From: a virus
Lineage: Duplodnaviria > Caudoviricetes
DNA length: 53,997 bases
IMG/VR virus record: IMGVR_UViG_3300032237_000992
Span: 1 to 53,997 of that record
Direction: 5' to 3' (one strand)
Both the position numbers and the translations under genes were made by a program. Positions 35,901-46,500 of the stretch are shown piece after piece. Numbering within the stretch: position 1 is the stretch's first letter; every line of letters begins with the position of its first letter. Under the pieces are notes generated by a model, which was not told the origin of the DNA, did not search any database, and worked only from the letters and a program-made list of their open reading frames with translations.

Positions 35901-38900
35901 TATCAATAGTTTATATAATAATTCTTATACTATTTCTAATAGTGGGCAAACTACTTTTGATATATGTTTAACATATTCTCCAGAAAAAAATTATTATAAC
36001 TTTTCGGAATGTAATGAACTAAAGTATACAACTTCTTCATTATCTGCTTATGGACAAATTTCAAAAATAAAAATAATTTCTCCTGGTTCTAATTTTAATT
36101 CTTTACCAATTTTTAAAACCATAGAATCTTCTATAGGTAAAGGAGCATATATTTTAGCAAAATCAGAGAGTATTGGTAAGATTAATCAAATTAGAATTTT
36201 AAATGAAGGCTTTGAATATTCTTCTGATAAAACTCTGAGACCTGAAGCATTAATTGCAAAATTTATATCCATAAAAAATTCAAATACAATCACATCTATT
36301 AATGTTGAAGATGGTGGAAAATATTATGTTTCTGCACCAAATATAGTTCTTGTAGACAGTATTACCAGACAAAAAATTGATTCTGGATCATTTACTGCTG
36401 TAATGACCTCCGCATCAAATTCTATTCAGTCTGTAAAAATTAATATTGAACCAAAAGGTCTTTCAGAATCTCCAATTATTATTCGTACAATTAATAATAC
36501 AAATAGTATTGGAATTACTACTGCAGTATCTTCTTCATCTGGTATAGTTACTTGCTATCTTTCTACTCCATCTTCTGGATTTTCTATAGAACCTTTTGCA
36601 ATAGGTGACAAAATATTCGTTGAAGGAATTCAAAAAGAAGAAAATAGTGGAGATGGTTTTAATTCTGAGGACTATGGTTATGAATTTTTTAACGTAGTAG
36701 ATTATCAAGCTTCAACAAATTCAAGTTCAGCAATATTAAAGTATAGTCTTGCAGGCTTAACCACAAATCTTGGAAAATTAAAAGGAATTCAAAATAATTA
36801 TGGAACGATTGTTAACTATAATAATTATCCAAAATTAAATGTAGTACAAGATTTTGCAAGTTTTATCATAGGGGAAACTTTAGACGTTGAAATACAAAAT
36901 GAATTTTTTAAATATGACTTAAAAGTTATTGATAGTAATAACAATTACATTAAAGTTTTTGGTTCATATAATTTAAAAAATGGACAGGTTATTAGAGGAT
37001 CTCAATCTGGTACGATTGCAACAATTAATGATGTGAAAGAATCTTATGGAGAATTTGCAGTAGATTATTCAAATCTATCTAATATTGGGTGGTATGATAA
37101 TATTGGAAAACTTAATGATGATATTCAAGTTATTTCCGATAATGATTATTATCAGAATTTATCTTATTCCATTAAAAGTACACAAGAATGGGATAATATT
37201 GTTAGTCCTGTAAATAATTCTCTTCATCCATCAGGAATGAAGAATTTTTCTGATACGCAAATTATACAAAGTTATAATACAAATTCTATTTCAGTAAATC
37301 CAAATCAATTTCTTGAATCTATTGTAACTATTGAAGAAACTAATCGAGTAGATACTATTAACAATTTTGATCTTTCTGTAGATTATGAAAATACCCTTGT
37401 GAATACTTCTAAATTTTTAAAGTTCAACAAAAAAAGGTTAGCAGATTATTTTAGTTGTTTAACAAATAGAGTTTTGGGAATTGATGATATTTCACCACAA
37501 TTTTCATCTTCAGAACAAGATATAGATACTACACTAAAGGTATCTGAAATACTACTAGATCGTCAATTTAACCGATATCTTGTACAAATATCAGATAAAA
37601 ATTTCACCCAATTCCAATTCACAGAGTTAATAGTTCTGAATAATGGGTCAGAATTTTATACTTTAGAAAAAGGTACAATTGATACAAAATCTGTTATAGA
37701 AAATGGCTATACTGCAAATTCTCTTGGTGAAATTTATGGCGAATATTCTGAAAATTCTGGTAAAGCTTATTTAAAATTTAATCCTACAGATCCATACACA
37801 ACAAGTTATAATATAAAATATTTAAATGATACATTTATAAATTCTAATAGTGGAGTTGGCACTACTTCAATTGGATTTATAGATTTGATTGGGATTACTA
37901 GTACAGTTTCACCAAATTCTTCATATAGTATAATTCAAAAATCAATTAATAATTTAAAATCACTACACTCACAAATTCATTTAATTGATAATGTTACAAA
38001 ACAAATGGATTATGTTGAAATTTTTGTAGATCATGATGGAACAAATACAAATATATCAGAGCTTTATTTTGATTCTGATACTGGTTTATCATCCAATTTT
38101 ATAGGAAGTTTTGGTGCATCTATAAGTGGAGGAATTTTAAATCTTACTTATACAAATACTTCTAATAACAATGTAATTCTTAAATCTAAAAATATTGGAT
38201 TTGGTACAACTTCAATTGGGCAAGGATCATATACCTTTAAACAGAATGGTCAAATTCAAGGATATGAAAATACTGTTAAGTTTGATTGTTTATATTCAAA
38301 CGTTTCTTCAGCATCTAGCATTGTATCTTTAGATAAAACTAAATTTTGTTCTATAAAATCAATAGTAAAAGTTAGCATAGGTCAAACCAGCGCATTACAT
38401 CAAATAATGTTGGTTTCGGATGGAACTAATGCTCATACTATTCAATATCCATTTCTTTCAATTGGAACAGAAAGTGGTATAGGTACTTTTGGTGGAAGAA
38501 TATCAGGTTCACAATTACTATTAGATTTTTATCCAGATCAAAATTTCTCAGGAAATTTTCAAATCTTAAGTTTCAATGAAAGTTTTTACAAAGAAAACGA
38601 TTATCAAAATGCCCCTTATCCTTTATCATACTTAAATGTTTTAGAGACAGTTGGTGTTTCTGAGTATTTCGCTTTGAATAGTGAACTTAGTAAGACTACA
38701 TTTGCTTTAAACTATCAGGGAACACCTATTTTCGTAAAAACTTTTAATCCATCAGATTCAACTATTTTAAATCCAGCTACTGGCGAATTTAAAATTAAAA
38801 ATCACTTTTTTAGTACAGGAGAAGAATTAATTTATAGACCAAATTCTACATTTACAGGACTATCTGCGGTCTCTGTTGGTATTGGGTCTACATTAAATTA

Positions 38901-41900
38901 TGTAGGAATTGTTACTAACATTTTACCTGAAAAAGTATATGCAATTAAAATTAATAATGAGAAATTTAAAATAGCAACCAGAGAAGATTATGCAAATTCT
39001 GGAATTTCCGTAACATTTACTTCACTAGGTTCTGGTAATGCTCACGAATTTGAAATGTTCAAGAAAAGTGAAAAATGTATTATTACCATTAATAATATGG
39101 TACAAGAACCAATTGCATATAAGTTACTCACTTATACTATTAATAATGGTAGTAATGTTGGATCATCAGCAACAATTTTCGGATTGAGTGGAATATCATC
39201 TATTAAAATTGGTGATATTTTAAAAGTAGATAATGAATATATGAAAATTACTAATGTTGGTTTGGGAACAACTTATTCTGGACCTATAACATTCTCTGGA
39301 AATATTCCATTAGTTTCAGTTAACAGAGGATTCGTTGGTACATATGCAACTACTCATTCTAATTCGGGTATAGCTTCAGTATATAAAGGTTCATTTAATA
39401 TTGTTGGAAGTGATATTTATTTCACAGAAGCTCCTAAAGGTAAATTAATAGAAAGATCTTTTGATAACATAACTGGTCTTCCATATTCAAGAGATTATTT
39501 TGGTGGAAGAGTATTCTTAAAGAAAAAGTATGATGATAATAAAATTTATGATAATATCTCTAATAAATTTACGGGAATAGGACAAACATATACATTAAGT
39601 GTTAATGGATCTACTAATATTGGATTAGGTATTAGTGAATCGCGTGGTATATTGTTTATTAATGGAATATTCCAAACACCGACAACTGAAAATAATCCTA
39701 ATAACAATTTTATAATTCAAAAGGATAATATTTCTGGAATATCTAGTATAATTTTTTCTGGAATTACTTCATCAAATGGCTCTATTGTTATTTCACAATC
39801 AGATGTTAATTTAAATCAACTTCCTAGAGGTGGTTTAATTGTATCTCTTGGCTCAGATGGTGGATTAGGCTATGCACCCCTTGTAGGCGCATCAGTTACT
39901 GCAATTGTATCTGGTGGTATAATTACGAATATTGGCATCGGAACCACTGGAGGATCATATATAGGCAACTGGGGTTCTGGATATAGATCACCAGTATCTG
40001 TTGCAGTGACCGAAACTGGACATTCTGGCTTAGGAGCATCAATAGTTGCAACAGTGGGATATGGTGGAACTTTATCATTTACAATTGTGAATGGAGGAAC
40101 TGGTTATGTAAAACCAACGATCAATATATCTGCACCAAGTTATACCGATCTTCCAGTAACAGGAGTTTCTAGACTAGGAATTGGATCAACGTCTGATTGT
40201 GGAATTGGCTTATTATTAGATATTAATATAGGTGCAAGTTCAACAACTGGAATAGGTTCAACTTTATTTGAAGTAACTGGATTTAAAATTAAGAGAAGTG
40301 GATATGGATTTAGGCCAGGAGATGTAATTAAACCAGTAGGACTTGTTACTGCATATGGTATCTCTAGCCCCCTTTCAGAATTTAAACTTACAGTTTTAGA
40401 TACATTTACAGACTCTTTCTCATCTTGGCAATTTGGTCAAATAGATTATGTTGATTCTATACAAAAATATCAAGATGGAGTAAGGACAAGATTTCCATTA
40501 TACTATAATGGCCAATTATTAAGTTTTGAAAAAGACCAATCAAATTCAGATTCTCAACTAATTGATTTTAATTACTTATTGATTATCTTTATAAATGGAA
40601 TTTTACAAAATCCTGGAGAGTCATACCAATTTAATGGAGGAACATCGTTTAGTTTTACAAATGCTCCTAAGTATGAAGATGATGTTGCAATCTATTTCTA
40701 TAGAGGAAGTTATGAAGATAGCTCTGCTGTTCAAGTAAAGGAAACCATAAAAATTGGGGATAACGTACAATTGTTATCTAGAAATGATTATTCAAATACT
40801 ACTGCAACACAAGATTCTAGAATTGTATACGATATAGTCAGTTCTGATGTTCTAGAAACTAATTCTTACACAAATCAAGGAATAAATTTTGATACTTATA
40901 GGCCAATTAGTTGGACTAAACAAAAAGCTGATAGGATTATTAATGGATCTATTATTTCAAAAGCAAGAGATTCTATAGAAACGCAAATTTATCCAACATC
41001 AAAAATTATAAAAACATTCAATTCAAGTGATAATGTAATATTTGTGGATGATATATCGTTATTCAATTATGAAAATGTCCCATCAAATAAAATAGATTTT
41101 GATGCTCTGATCGTTTCTGGAGCAGATGATCCAATATCCGCAACAGTAACTGCAGTAGTATCTGCTGGTGGAACAATACAATCTTTGATAATAAATGATC
41201 CTGGCAGTGGTTATAAAGGTTCCTCAGTAAATGTGAGTATTTCAGCACCTTCAAAAATTGGTGTTGGTATAGGGACTACTGCCGTCGCATCGATTTTAGT
41301 ATTAAATGGGTCTCTTTCTACTGTGACAATTACAAATCCTGGTCTAGGTTATTCTGTGGATAATCCACCTCAAGTTTTAGTTCCTTCTCCAGATCCAATT
41401 TATGAAAATATTACAACCATAACTGGAATTGCAGGTTCATTCGGAACCATTGTGGGAATAGGAACAACTGTGGGAGTTGGAACTGCACTTGCCATTAATT
41501 TTAAATTGAATGTATCAGGTACAATATCACAATCTGGAATTTCCACTGGAAATCCAATTTATATTTTTAATACAAAAGTTGGTAGAGGAGTAACATCAAT
41601 TCTCTCTTCAAATTCGAGTATTGTTGGAGTTGGAACTACATTTTTAGATAATATTTACATTGTCAGTGGAATTAATAACACAACTGGCGTTATTACTTGT
41701 AATATTGATTCTAGGTCTTATATTGTTGGAATTGCCACAACTGGTTTTGCTTATAATAATGGAGTAGGTAATTTTTCTTGGGGTAAAATTTCAGGTTTTA
41801 CTAGATCAACAAGTCCAATTGCAATCGGAGTTTCTGGATTTACTGTCAATTCTGGATTAACATCATTCCCGACAATACAAAGAAGGGGATATGGATTTGA

Positions 41901-41931
41901 AAGTATTGGACCAATTGAAAAGAATCTTTAA
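29935..41931 (+). CDS. gp7: Giant baseplate wedge initiator (gp7-like), 3998 aa
   Basis: Between gp6 and gp8; QLPEFI...FLKQYY, Y.SKGT.ESF.ILF..LFG, DNDYYQNLSYSIKS...HPSG motifs; HSPIIGWAYDGNPIYG (YHYH-like) segment; many GIGTT repeats. Confidence 0.8.
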   Translation: MIQEGFESRVKVQQIIDSQLPEFIIDESPKASEFLKQYYISQEYQGGTIDISDNLDQYLKLDNLTPEVVVGFTYLSEESGYYVSPEDDEILVDSTKGFPEKYGLLKIDDEIITYTHKTTTQFLGCIRGFSGITNYHDTLDSEELVFQTTEATAHTNTDSSGYRTKVQNLSSLFLQEFYKKIKYSLTTDLQNKDFVPELNVGNFIKEARTLYESKGTEESFRILFNVLFGETPKIINLEDFLIKPSSANYIRRLVVVSDVISGNALNLQGQTLTKSTDPNTTASISEVEIIKRKNKIYYKLLLFVGYDNSFEPITGTFDITGSTKNIEIVNVGETTIIVDSTIGFPESGVLYANNNVITYTNKSINQFFNCNGINSTIPTASTIFSNETYYGYENGDTDKKVELRITGVLSDYIPIETNSVPSIGEKIGVKSIGKIIENPTSDRNYQQIFANSWIYNTSSRYEVTDNFVSGNTNQIILKSNIDKSSLKVKDTIELLSRNSQQVIKSNLSVEEIDGNQITLNDSVSLFVGKNYDIRRKLKNASSSNIDLEFDKITSDIQNVYDGNDSYMYVASNSFPSYEIDKSLFSYTASNVSGYDSETDLYSKITFNSKISFLNGSEVYYKPSADAISGLKEGIYYVEIFEHQQYDEIRLYVSKSVVGTQNYLNFEGLTPGDHIFILSSQKDAILSPQKILRKFPLNVNIGDGKSDETPVGSTGMLINGVEIYNYKSKNKIYYGPLKEVNVLNAGKNYDVINPPVLSPSYGSALIQPVVSGSIEKIYLNPQDFEIDVIVSIALTGGNGSGSVFQPLFERKRREIEFDAKLSSDGGGVDTTVETITFLTNHNLVDGQEVIYQSLGNTPIGIGAFLGSNTYSGLTLKDQSSYYVKFVNNKTIRLYSTIDDFNAGINTIGFTLSTASGIQKFATTIKNTLSEIKIVNGGSGYSNRKLRVSPSGISTANDTIYFPNHGFNNGEIVTYSFTGSTISGLSTSNQYYIFKVDNDTFKLSDAGIGATIITNYQRKKAVNLQSIGSGYHIFNYPNITLEINYSSVGINTDQTKGIIVATPVVRGSIIDAYIYDAGSDYGSTILNYHKKPNITIKNGKDAQCKPIIVNGKIIDVSIQFGGSEYYSDPDITVIDSSGSGRGCILRPIIENNKLSDVIVINPGVGYSNNSTTIQVIPSGKNAIFDANIRDLTVNNNVLFNDANSINSETNEIVTSSYNNLQYFISGYDNNLQKEFNDNGTKHSPIIGWAYDGNPIYGSYGYTDPKSSSGNITRLSSGYSLNSSNIINRPDEFGPGFFIEDYQFTNSGDLDEYNGRFCVTNEFPNGVYAYFAPTKINSQNNVVGVFPYFIGNRYRSAFVNENKTLNQSFDFNSSSLIRNTFPYKIKDETANNDFIVESNEVISQLSEIESVTSGSIEGFEIINSGQNYKVGDSVIFDESNTGGGGLFAKISEIGGKDIVNIQTSSSIYNNATFIWNDKNEIKVKIYPYHNLNNLDTIYVSGFSTSLSYLNGFHTIDVSTNTSILIKDIPYSASGIVTDIYVSIIPSDVSIGSSIKIEQDILSVLNIFPNQNVIRVKSSNSLGLHTTSTSIYFIPDTFVINKSTNSFDSKVNDLVYFNPKNSVGVGTTSGTSIESTYNVGIQTNNKISLQTQAIYLPNHPFKTGQEISLQIPSTSPSYYLSVANTSTSTNFTIPYSGNNQKLYAIKKSNDYIGIVTQIGLTTSTNGLYFINNGDNSYEYSIQSNFIQLSGNIQKNKSTVSVSTSHNLIDGDTITLSIKPNLSVGIGTSSSIKVLRDASTGYILFNPLSFTSSQVDTTKNTINITSHQLKTGDKVKYSANTPISGLSNEFYFVYKVDDNTIKLSETYIDAAKTNPPNNIIFGSTGGSSQTISLVNPSINVIKNNDLVFNLSDPSLLNYKFKIFYDQNFSDEFISTGSTSIFSTIGIGTIGVSTNASLKINSNDDLPVSLFYNLERSGYISTCDKEVDNYLKINFINSLYNNSYTISNSGQTTFDICLTYSPEKNYYNFSECNELKYTTSSLSAYGQISKIKIISPGSNFNSLPIFKTIESSIGKGAYILAKSESIGKINQIRILNEGFEYSSDKTLRPEALIAKFISIKNSNTITSINVEDGGKYYVSAPNIVLVDSITRQKIDSGSFTAVMTSASNSIQSVKINIEPKGLSESPIIIRTINNTNSIGITTAVSSSSGIVTCYLSTPSSGFSIEPFAIGDKIFVEGIQKEENSGDGFNSEDYGYEFFNVVDYQASTNSSSAILKYSLAGLTTNLGKLKGIQNNYGTIVNYNNYPKLNVVQDFASFIIGETLDVEIQNEFFKYDLKVIDSNNNYIKVFGSYNLKNGQVIRGSQSGTIATINDVKESYGEFAVDYSNLSNIGWYDNIGKLNDDIQVISDNDYYQNLSYSIKSTQEWDNIVSPVNNSLHPSGMKNFSDTQIIQSYNTNSISVNPNQFLESIVTIEETNRVDTINNFDLSVDYENTLVNTSKFLKFNKKRLADYFSCLTNRVLGIDDISPQFSSSEQDIDTTLKVSEILLDRQFNRYLVQISDKNFTQFQFTELIVLNNGSEFYTLEKGTIDTKSVIENGYTANSLGEIYGEYSENSGKAYLKFNPTDPYTTSYNIKYLNDTFINSNSGVGTTSIGFIDLIGITSTVSPNSSYSIIQKSINNLKSLHSQIHLIDNVTKQMDYVEIFVDHDGTNTNISELYFDSDTGLSSNFIGSFGASISGGILNLTYTNTSNNNVILKSKNIGFGTTSIGQGSYTFKQNGQIQGYENTVKFDCLYSNVSSASSIVSLDKTKFCSIKSIVKVSIGQTSALHQIMLVSDGTNAHTIQYPFLSIGTESGIGTFGGRISGSQLLLDFYPDQNFSGNFQILSFNESFYKENDYQNAPYPLSYLNVLETVGVSEYFALNSELSKTTFALNYQGTPIFVKTFNPSDSTILNPATGEFKIKNHFFSTGEELIYRPNSTFTGLSAVSVGIGSTLNYVGIVTNILPEKVYAIKINNEKFKIATREDYANSGISVTFTSLGSGNAHEFEMFKKSEKCIITINNMVQEPIAYKLLTYTINNGSNVGSSATIFGLSGISSIKIGDILKVDNEYMKITNVGLGTTYSGPITFSGNIPLVSVNRGFVGTYATTHSNSGIASVYKGSFNIVGSDIYFTEAPKGKLIERSFDNITGLPYSRDYFGGRVFLKKKYDDNKIYDNISNKFTGIGQTYTLSVNGSTNIGLGISESRGILFINGIFQTPTTENNPNNNFIIQKDNISGISSIIFSGITSSNGSIVISQSDVNLNQLPRGGLIVSLGSDGGLGYAPLVGASVTAIVSGGIITNIGIGTTGGSYIGNWGSGYRSPVSVAVTETGHSGLGASIVATVGYGGTLSFTIVNGGTGYVKPTINISAPSYTDLPVTGVSRLGIGSTSDCGIGLLLDINIGASSTTGIGSTLFEVTGFKIKRSGYGFRPGDVIKPVGLVTAYGISSPLSEFKLTVLDTFTDSFSSWQFGQIDYVDSIQKYQDGVRTRFPLYYNGQLLSFEKDQSNSDSQLIDFNYLLIIFINGILQNPGESYQFNGGTSFSFTNAPKYEDDVAIYFYRGSYEDSSAVQVKETIKIGDNVQLLSRNDYSNTTATQDSRIVYDIVSSDVLETNSYTNQGINFDTYRPISWTKQKADRIINGSIISKARDSIETQIYPTSKIIKTFNSSDNVIFVDDISLFNYENVPSNKIDFDALIVSGADDPISATVTAVVSAGGTIQSLIINDPGSGYKGSSVNVSISAPSKIGVGIGTTAVASILVLNGSLSTVTITNPGLGYSVDNPPQVLVPSPDPIYENITTITGIAGSFGTIVGIGTTVGVGTALAINFKLNVSGTISQSGISTGNPIYIFNTKVGRGVTSILSSNSSIVGVGTTFLDNIYIVSGINNTTGVITCNIDSRSYIVGIATTGFAYNNGVGNFSWGKISGFTRSTSPIAIGVSGFTVNSGLTSFPTIQRRGYGFESIGPIEKNL

Positions 41932-41936
41932 CATCA

Positions 41937-41944
41937 TATAAATA
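41937..41944 (+). promoter_or_regulatory. T4-type late promoter
   Basis: TATAAATA upstream of gp8. Confidence 0.8.
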
Positions 41945-41960
41945 TAAAAAAAACGCTAAT

Positions 41961-43541
41961 ATGTCTGCAATTATAACTGATAAATTTAGAATACTTAATG
42001 CATCTAATTTTGTAGATTCCATTAATAGTTCTTCAAATTCATATTATATCTTTGTGGGATTGTCTAATCCAGTATCTTCAGGATTTGGGAGAGCTACTGA
42101 TTGGAATACTAATCCACCAAATCCAACTGATAATATTGATTATTTAAATCATTATAAGAGTACTGTTTTATTTGGAAAAAAGATAACAAGTGCCAGTATT
42201 AGAAGAGTAATTAGAAGGATTAACTGGGTTTCTGGTCAATCATACGATATGTACAGGCCAGATTACAGTGGTATAAATTCAGCTCCTACTACTGGAGCAA
42301 TAAGATTGTATGATGCAAATTACTATGTTATAAATTCAGAGTATAGAATTTATGTTTGTATAAATAATGGCTCTTCAGGTGATAAGCAAACTGGAAATGC
42401 ATCTCAAATAGAACCCAATTTTACAGATTTAGAGCCAGTTAATTTGGAAGATGGATATACTTGGAAATACTTATACACATTAAATCCCAGCGATATTGTA
42501 AAATTTGATTCTACAGATTATATAACAATACCAAATGATTGGAATACCTCCACAAATTCTCAAATTCAAGCAGTTAGAGAAAATGGAGATTCTACATTAA
42601 ATGAAAATCAAATTAAACAAGTTTATATTGAAAATAGTGGAGATAATTATACTACAGGAACTTTTTCATGTGATATAGTTGGAGATGGTACTGGAGCATC
42701 AGCTTCTGTAACTGTAAGTTTAGATGGAAAAGTTTCTGATATTATTGTTACTTCTGGAGGTAAAAATTACACGTATGCTTTGGTGGATTTAGGTACAACA
42801 GCAGACAAAAGTAATCCTGCAGAATTAATTCCTATTATTCCTCCATCAAAAGGACATGGTTTTGACATATATGAAGAACTTGGTGCAGATAAGCTATTAG
42901 TTTATACTAGATTTGATGATTCAACAAAAGATTTTCCAATTGACACTAAATTTGCTCAAGTTGGAATTATAAAAAATCCTACTATCTACGATTCATCAGG
43001 AACTAGTACGACAATATATGATCAAACTAATTTCTCTGCAACATACGCAATGATGTTGACTTCAATAACTGGTGAAGATACTCTTGCTATTGGAGATAAA
43101 ATAAAACAAACAGTAGGTAATGGAATTGCATATGGATATGTTGTTTCTTATGATAAAGAAACAAAAGTACTAAAGTATACTAAAGATAGATCTCTGTACT
43201 ATGACAAAGGTGTAAATGGATCATCTCATAAAGATTTTGCTGGAATTTCGTCATTTTTCTCTTCTACCACAAACTCTACTTTAGATTTTGAATATAATCA
43301 AACCAGTCCAAATTTAGTAACTAATCAAACTGGAACATTTTCAGCAACAATAATGGATTATAATGATTCTACTATAACTATTTCAAATAAAATTATTAAT
43401 TTGGGGGTACAATTTATATCTGGTCTCGCAAAACCAGAGATAAATAATAAGTCTGGAGAAATAATCTATATTAATAATAGATCACTAGTAAGTAGAAATT
43501 CTAGACAAAAAGAAGACATTAAAATTATCCTGGAATTTTAA
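41961..43541 (+). CDS. gp8: Baseplate wedge subunit gp8
   Basis: MSAIITDKFRILNA, DGYTWKYLYT, SGEIIYINNR...R...QKEDIKIILEF. Confidence 0.92.
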   Translation: MSAIITDKFRILNASNFVDSINSSSNSYYIFVGLSNPVSSGFGRATDWNTNPPNPTDNIDYLNHYKSTVLFGKKITSASIRRVIRRINWVSGQSYDMYRPDYSGINSAPTTGAIRLYDANYYVINSEYRIYVCINNGSSGDKQTGNASQIEPNFTDLEPVNLEDGYTWKYLYTLNPSDIVKFDSTDYITIPNDWNTSTNSQIQAVRENGDSTLNENQIKQVYIENSGDNYTTGTFSCDIVGDGTGASASVTVSLDGKVSDIIVTSGGKNYTYALVDLGTTADKSNPAELIPIIPPSKGHGFDIYEELGADKLLVYTRFDDSTKDFPIDTKFAQVGIIKNPTIYDSSGTSTTIYDQTNFSATYAMMLTSITGEDTLAIGDKIKQTVGNGIAYGYVVSYDKETKVLKYTKDRSLYYDKGVNGSSHKDFAGISSFFSSTTNSTLDFEYNQTSPNLVTNQTGTFSATIMDYNDSTITISNKIINLGVQFISGLAKPEINNKSGEIIYINNRSLVSRNSRQKEDIKIILEF

Positions 43542-43544
43542 CCA

Positions 43545-46500
43545 ATGGCTCAAAAAACTAATCTTAATGTAAGTCCATATTTTGATGATTTTTCTGAAAA
43601 AGATTTGGGCGCTAGGGATAAAAATTATTATAAAATTTTATTTAATCCTGGCAAACCAATTCAGGCAAGGGAATTGAATACTCTACAATCAATCTTACAA
43701 AATCAGGTAGAGTCTTTTGGCAGCCATATATTTAAAGAAGGATCTGTAGTAATTCCAGGAAATATTGTATATGATGGACAATTTCATGCTGTCAAATTAA
43801 ATCCACAACAATATGCGGTTGAAATAACCACATATTTAAATAATTTAGTTGGGAAAAAAATCACAGGACAAATATCTGGAGTTACCGCAACAGTTCAGAC
43901 TGTTCAATTTCCAAATTCTGAGGTTGAATATCCAACAATATATGTAAAATATATTAATTCAAATTCAGATTTTGAAGTTAGCTCTTTTCAAAACAACGAG
44001 CAACTATATGCAGATGAGATAATTGGTTCAATAGCTGCAGGAACACCTCTTGCCACAACAATTTCAAGCGAAGCTACTTCAATTGGATCTGCGGCATCGA
44101 TTGGAGAGGGCATCTATTTTATAAGAGGAACTTTTGTTAGAGTTGAAAAACAGACAATTATTTTAGATTATTATACAAATACTCCTTCATACAGAATAGG
44201 GTTGCGAGTAGATGAGCAAATAATTACTGCTAAAGATGATTCTACTTTATATGACAATGCAAAAGGATTTACAAATTATGCTGCTCCAGGAGCAGATAGA
44301 TTCAAAATATCTTTAATATTATCAAAAAAACCTATTGATGATCTTAATGATACTGATTTTGTAGAATTATTACGTGTTAAAGATGGGGCAATTAAAAAGA
44401 TAGATGTTAAATCTAGCTATTCTGTCATAAGGGACTATCTAGCCCAAAGAACTTATGATGAATCTGGAGATTATGTTGTTAATCCATTCCAATTTTCCAT
44501 ACATAATTCTTTAAATGATGCGTTAGGAAATGATGGAATATATTTTAGTGATGAAAAAACTGATCAAGGAAATACTCCAACTGAAAACTTAATGTGTATT
44601 AAGTTTTCTCCAGGAAAAGCATATGTTAGAGGATATGATATTGAAAAAACTGGCGTTGAAATTATAGATGTAGCAAAACCTAGAACTACTCAATTAGTTG
44701 AAAATATTAATATCCCATTTGAAATGGGAAATTTAATTAGAGTCAATAATGTTTCTGGAGTTCCTAAGCAGAAAAAAACAGTTGCATTATATGATTATAG
44801 AAAATCTTCTAATAGTTCTCCTTCTGGAACTAAAATCGGAGATGCGAGAATTTACACATTTAATTTAACTGATTCTGCATATTCAGGAAATTCTACAAAT
44901 TGGGATTTATATTTGTATGATATTCAAACTTATACAAGAATTCAATTAAATACAACTATTTCAAATTCCGAATTACCAGCTTCTTCTTTTATTAAAGGTA
45001 AAAGTAGTGGTGCAACTGGATATGCAACCTCAAGTGGATCAAATTCTGATACAATTTATTTAAGACAGACTTCAGGTTCATTTATTGTAGGAGAGCAAAT
45101 TTTAATTAATGGTGTTGATAGCATTTCAAGATCAATCAAAAGTATTCGTGCATATTCAACTGAAGATATTAAATCAATATATCAATCTACATCAATTTCA
45201 GGCTATGCCTCTGCATTTATTGCAGATACTCAGTTAGATAAAATTATTCCAACTGGGTTTTCGCCAACAGATACAATAACTATCAATAATGGAAGTGTAA
45301 CTGCAGGAAAAGTTTTTTCTGGCATTTCATCGAATACAATTATTAGATATCAAAGAATAGGATTTACTACAGAGACTTATAATAGAGTTAATTCTATTTC
45401 TTCTGATAAAACTACAATAACTCTTTCTTCAGTACCATCTATTAGTGGAGTTTGTGATGGTAATGTGCCTGCGTCACAAATACAAGTACCCTTTGTTTTG
45501 GGAACTCCAAAAATTAGAAATCAAGAAAAGGGATTTTTGTATGCAGAGCTTTCAGAACCAAATATTTCATCAACAAATTTAAGTAATTCTACTGTAACAT
45601 TTACTGCACAGTCAACTGGAACCCTAGTTTCTACTGGTTCATTAACAGTCAATACTTCTAATTTTGATTTGGGGATTAATACTACAACTGCTCAATTCCA
45701 AGCATTTGATGAAGAAAGATATTCAATTCATTATAATGATGGAACCATCGAAAATCTAACATCAGATAAAGTTTCAATATCTAACAATCAAGTAACATTC
45801 AGTAATATTCAATCTAAAACTATTGATGCAATAAATGCTACTTTTGTAAAGAATGGTATTCAAAATAAATTAAAAAAATATACTAGAAGTAATACAATAA
45901 GCATTAATTTTTCGAAAAATACTCAATCTGGAATTACTAGCAATACCTCAGTTAATGATGGATTAATTTATAATTCTTATTATGGTTTAAGAGTTCAAGA
46001 TGAGGAAATTTGTTTAAAATATCCAGATGTTGTTAAAGTTATTGCAGTATATGAATCTTTAAATAATTTAGATCCTATTTTGGATACAATTTCTTTTAGT
46101 TCACAATCAAATGTTGATACTAATGCAATTATTGGTGAAAATATTGTTGGAAAAAATAGTAAAGCTATAGCTAGAGTAGTATCTAAACCATCTTCAAATA
46201 CTTTAGGAATTATATATTTAAACAATAATAAATTTAATACTAATGAAAATGTTCAGTTTGAACTTTCAAATATTAATACAAAAATAGTAGCTTTTACTGC
46301 AGGAAAATATAAAAATATTACAAATAGATTTATTTTAGATAAAGGTCAAAAAGAACAATATTATGATTATTCAAAATTAATAAGAAGAAAGGGAGAATCA
46401 GAACCTTCAAATAGATTGTTAGTTATTTTTGATCACTACACAGTCCCTTCTGATGATAATGGTGATGTCTTTACTGTAAATAGTTATGAAGAAGAAAGAT

